Under the pieces are notes generated by a model, which did not search any database, was not told the origin of the DNA, and saw only the letters and a list, made by a program, of their open reading frames with translations. From an uncultured bacterium (GTDB taxonomy: Bacteria; Patescibacteriota; Patescibacteriia; UBA9570; XYC2-FULL-38-9), in NCBI GenBank assembly GCA_937996685.1, contig CALKUP010000001.1:45322-109321 (forward strand): DNA of 64,000 nucleotides. The letters run 5' to 3'. Both the position numbers and the translations under genes were made by a program. Below are positions 60,545 to 64,000 of this stretch, piece by piece (positions within the stretch are counted from its first letter, which is position 1; each line of letters begins with the position of its first letter).

Positions 60545-61717
60545 ATGCGCATTTATTCGGTTTCAGAATACCGGGAAGAAGTCAACGAGCTTCTTGCGCA
60601 GGTGACGGTGGCAATTGAGGGTGAAATTTCGTCATACAATATGTCGCAAAATCGATTTGTGTGGTTTTCGTTATCTGACGGAACAACGCTGATTGATTGT
60701 TTTATGATGGCGTTTGCGTTGAAAGTCCCGCTGGCGGAAGGGATGCGCGTCCGGATTGTTGGAAGCCCAACCATGTTTAAAAAAGGCAAATTGGTGTTTC
60801 AGCCGCGACAAGTGGAATTGGTGGGCGATGGAGATTTGCAAAAATCGTTTGAGTTATTAAAAGCGCAACTTGAGAAAGAAGGATTGTTTAATGAATCGCG
60901 CAAACGTGCGTTGCCGCGTTTTCCAGAGCATATCGGTCTTGTAACCAGTCGTGACGCAGCGGCGTACACAGATATTATTCGTGTTCTCACAAATCGGTTC
61001 CCTGCATTGCGTGTGACCGTTGTGCATGTTCAGGTGCAAGGTAGCAGTGCTGTGGGGTCAGTTGTTGCGGGTCTGGAAAAACTGTACGCATTTGCAAAAA
61101 CAACACCATTAGACTGCATTGTGATTTCACGCGGTGGCGGCTCGATGGAAGACTTGCAAGCGTTTAATGCAGAAGAGGTTGTGCGTGCCGTGTTCCAATC
61201 GCCAGTGCCGACTGTTGCAGCAATTGGGCATGAGCGGGATACAACGCTCATTGATTTGGTTGCAGATGTGCGAGCCGCAACACCAAGTAATGCTGCGGAG
61301 CTGCTAACACCGCAAATTGATGACGTGATTGAAACGGTAGACGCATGGACAACGAAGGCGCAAAAAACCGTAATCTACCAATTGCAGACAATTGCACATC
61401 GTTTGGATATGATAGAGCAGCAATGCGTGCGCATCGCGAGTGCTCCAATGCAGCGTATGACACAGCTTGAAACACGATTACGCAATGCAGTGCAGCTCAT
61501 TCGGCAACAGATTGCGAGTAGTCAACAGCGAGTGGGAGATTTTGAATCATTGCTGCGACAGCTACATCCAGAGCAATTGTTGAAAAAAGGGTTCACAATC
61601 ACCCGCGACGCAAATGGCCGTATTATCAAAAGCGCGGCAGTTGCGCAAAAACAGGCGAGTGTCACCGTGCAGTTTGCGGATGGTTCTATTTCGACACGTC
61701 CGACAGTTGACCAATAA
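60545..61717 (+). CDS. xseA: Exodeoxyribonuclease VII large subunit
   Basis: GEIS, RGGGS.EDL..FN, GHE.D, ATPS.AA. Confidence 0.95.
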   Translation: MRIYSVSEYREEVNELLAQVTVAIEGEISSYNMSQNRFVWFSLSDGTTLIDCFMMAFALKVPLAEGMRVRIVGSPTMFKKGKLVFQPRQVELVGDGDLQKSFELLKAQLEKEGLFNESRKRALPRFPEHIGLVTSRDAAAYTDIIRVLTNRFPALRVTVVHVQVQGSSAVGSVVAGLEKLYAFAKTTPLDCIVISRGGGSMEDLQAFNAEEVVRAVFQSPVPTVAAIGHERDTTLIDLVADVRAATPSNAAELLTPQIDDVIETVDAWTTKAQKTVIYQLQTIAHRLDMIEQQCVRIASAPMQRMTQLETRLRNAVQLIRQQIASSQQRVGDFESLLRQLHPEQLLKKGFTITRDANGRIIKSAAVAQKQASVTVQFADGSISTRPTVDQ

Positions 61718-61754
61718 TCATTAGTTTCCTAGGATAGGAAGAACAGTATTTTTT

Positions 61755-61985
61755 ATGCCAAAAACACCAGCCAAAAAAGGAGTCAAAAAAACCAGCGATG
61801 ATTTTCATATTGGAAAAGAAATGGAGGCACTGGAGCAAGCGATTGACGCGATTGAAAGTGAAGACGGTGATATTGATGCGTCTATTGAGCAGCTGACAAT
61901 TGCAATGGAAAAAGCCAAGCTCATTCGTGCGCATTTGAAACAAGCGCAATTACGAGTTGATGAATTAACAAGTAGTGATCTATGA
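61755..61985 (+). CDS. xseB: Exodeoxyribonuclease VII small subunit
   Basis: Follows xseA; LE.....IE....D......L..A..RV pattern. Confidence 0.8.
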   Translation: MPKTPAKKGVKKTSDDFHIGKEMEALEQAIDAIESEDGDIDASIEQLTIAMEKAKLIRAHLKQAQLRVDELTSSDL

Positions 61986-62938
61986 AAAAAATAGTAACAG
62001 TATTGTTTTTATACAGTGGAGATGATTGGGAGAAATCGGCCCCTTTTTTACAAACACCTTTTCAAGACAATGGATATCGAAATTTTTATACACGCGGCCT
62101 CAATGAATTCGGCATACTTTGTGTGCGAGCGTCTATTGATTGGTATCAAAACGGTGTCTGGCAAAAATATTGGACATTTGATGGTGAGCAATGGGTCAAG
62201 CATGACGAGTCTATTCGCCCAGATATTGTTGTTGATAAATCAGGTTTGTATTTCCCTTCGTATCAGAAGCTGCAGGACATGCAGCAACATGTGGTTTTGT
62301 TAAATGCATGGGAATTAAAAATGATCGCTTCTGATAAATTGATTACATCCGTTGTCTTTCAGGACTTGATGCCACAATCAAAATTAGTGTATACGACAGA
62401 TCAGCTGATTCAAGCAATCACGGGTATGGAATCGGCAGATATTGTAATCAAGCCGCAGCATGGCTTTGGTGGAAATGGGATTGTTATCTTGCCGGCAGAA
62501 GAAGCAAAGCAAGTAGAAATCCATGAGCCGTGTATTGTACAACCATTTATTGATACATCCGGTGGTATTCATGGCATTGTCCAAGGGTACCATGATTTAC
62601 GCGTTGTTGTGATGGGTGATAATCCGGCATATTCTTTTGTTCGTACTCCCGCTCCAGGTTCAAAGTTGTGTAATTTAGCACAAGGTGGCAGCGCGCTCTA
62701 TGTTCCGCTTGCTGATGTCCCATCCGCGGTCATGGATCTTATTACCCGTGTGCGACGTCAATTACAAACGTTTCCGCACTCGATTTATTCCGTTGATTTT
62801 TTGTTTGACGAACATCAAAAGCCGTGGATTGTTGAAATGAATGCCACGACCGGCCTTGATTATCGTGATGAGTCACCTGAGTTGAAGCAATTTGGTTACG
62901 ATGCGCATTTTCGTTATTTCCTTTCATTGGTAAAATAG
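61982..62938 (+). CDS. RimK-like ATP-grasp protein
   Basis: DK, VIKP..G.GG.GI, VQPFID, HDLR, N.AQG, SVD......VEMN. Confidence 0.85.
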   Translation: MKKIVTVLFLYSGDDWEKSAPFLQTPFQDNGYRNFYTRGLNEFGILCVRASIDWYQNGVWQKYWTFDGEQWVKHDESIRPDIVVDKSGLYFPSYQKLQDMQQHVVLLNAWELKMIASDKLITSVVFQDLMPQSKLVYTTDQLIQAITGMESADIVIKPQHGFGGNGIVILPAEEAKQVEIHEPCIVQPFIDTSGGIHGIVQGYHDLRVVVMGDNPAYSFVRTPAPGSKLCNLAQGGSALYVPLADVPSAVMDLITRVRRQLQTFPHSIYSVDFLFDEHQKPWIVEMNATTGLDYRDESPELKQFGYDAHFRYFLSLVK

Positions 62939-62959
62939 TGGCTCACGCATGTTATTGAT

Positions 62960-63778
62960 ATGATAAAAATTTTCTTTTCAATTATCGGAGTATGTATTGC
63001 CTTTTTGATTGGAGTGTTGTTTTTTTTATACATTACCGCGCCATCTCATTACACGGTATTAGTGATTGGTTCTGATCAACGCGGTGACGAACGGGCGCGA
63101 TCTGATGTCATGTTTGTGGTCAGTATTCCAAAATCCGGAGACAAGCAGCCGGTATTTTTGAGTGTGCCGCGTGACACGAAAGTGGAAGACAAAGAACACG
63201 GTTTGCAAAAAATGACGCATTTTTATGCGATGGGAGACCGAACGGATCCAAACAAAAAACTCGGCAACCGAACGCTCACACAAGAAAAAGTAGAAGATCT
63301 CCTTGATATTAAGGTCGACGGAACACTTGAAGTGACATTTGATTCTTTCCAAGAAATTATTGATAGCGTTGATGGTGTGTCATTAGAAGGAAAAAACACA
63401 ACTGGCTCACAAGCATTGGCGCGGATTCGTGATCGCTTCACAGAAGGTCGCTCTGATTTTGATCGTCAAGCAAATGAGCGTGAAGTCTTTCGGGGGATTT
63501 TAACAAAAATCAAAAGTCCAACAAAAGCACGTGCACTGTATGATTATTTTCAGACGTCGGATAAAGCCAATCTTGAAATCAACAAAGTTAAGCTGGCTCG
63601 ATTCGCTTTTGGAGCTGGAATTGCTCGGGGCGGTGACGTGAGTATTGGTGAAATGAAAGAATTAGAAGTTCCAGGAAAGGGTGAAAAAATCTACACACCA
63701 TCCTTTGGAAAGGCGTTATATTATTGGGTTGTTGACGAACCAGAGCTCAAAAAAATCGTGGACGAAAACTTAAAATAG
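62960..63778 (+). CDS. LytR-CpsA-Psr (LCP) family protein
   Basis: N-terminal TM helix, GSD.R, RSD, S.PRDT, R.R....SDF.R. Confidence 0.9.
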   Translation: MIKIFFSIIGVCIAFLIGVLFFLYITAPSHYTVLVIGSDQRGDERARSDVMFVVSIPKSGDKQPVFLSVPRDTKVEDKEHGLQKMTHFYAMGDRTDPNKKLGNRTLTQEKVEDLLDIKVDGTLEVTFDSFQEIIDSVDGVSLEGKNTTGSQALARIRDRFTEGRSDFDRQANEREVFRGILTKIKSPTKARALYDYFQTSDKANLEINKVKLARFAFGAGIARGGDVSIGEMKELEVPGKGEKIYTPSFGKALYYWVVDEPELKKIVDENLK

Positions 63779-63821
63779 TGCTATAATATCAGAAATTCAG
63801 TTTATTTTTAGCTATTTTTGT

Positions 63822-64000
63822 ATGTCCGAAAAAATAACCCACCCTGCAGAGGTGGAACCGGCTATTGAGGGTTCGGAAGTTGGTCGGGAGATATTTGATG
63901 CGCAGTGGTACGCTGAATTTGTAGAGCTCGGCTCATTTCAAGCGTATGAATATTTTGATGACAGTAAAGCATCTGTAGAACAACCAGAAAAAACTCGACG
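63822..64000 (+). CDS. Partial CDS running off the window end
   Basis: ATG at 63822, open to the end (MSEKITHPAE...GSFQAYEYFD). Confidence 0.55.
   Translation, partial: MSEKITHPAEVEPAIEGSEVGREIFDAQWYAEFVELGSFQAYEYFDDSKASVEQPEKTR

Noticed and set aside
63822-64000. DUF1704-type peptidase call for the terminal partial ORF
   Set aside because: Only about 59 residues are visible and no catalytic motif is present

Overview
Bacterial chromosomal window, most likely Patescibacteria/CPR. This is an inference from SD-less AT-rich start contexts, a cluster of VirB2/TrbC-like pilins, lamin-tail and GT-C membrane proteins, and a 23S-5S unit with no 16S. The backbone is ordinary housekeeping: tyrS, uvrB, rpsT, holA, polA, proS, mscL, rlmH, galU, yebC-ruvC-ruvA, xseAB, FemAB, YvcK and LCP, plus three tRNAs, 23S and 5S rRNA. 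No CRISPR array, integrase or transposase was seen. The best leads are: (1) a 788-aa protein joining an N-terminal Nudix box to a divergent RelA/SpoT-synthetase-like C-terminus; (2) about ten single-gene islets, visibly GC-richer than the backbone, most with an SD motif and their own terminator and several with their own promoter, including a very GC-rich purA and a signal-peptide protein with outer-membrane beta-barrel features; (3) a roughly 125-nt structured intergenic RNA candidate upstream of rpsT; (4) a PKD-7TM plus ATP-grasp/aspartyl-protease fusion pair between ruvC and ruvA; (5) a five-pilin locus flanked by galU and GT-C glycosyltransferases. All family calls come from motif recognition by eye; no searches or computations were run.
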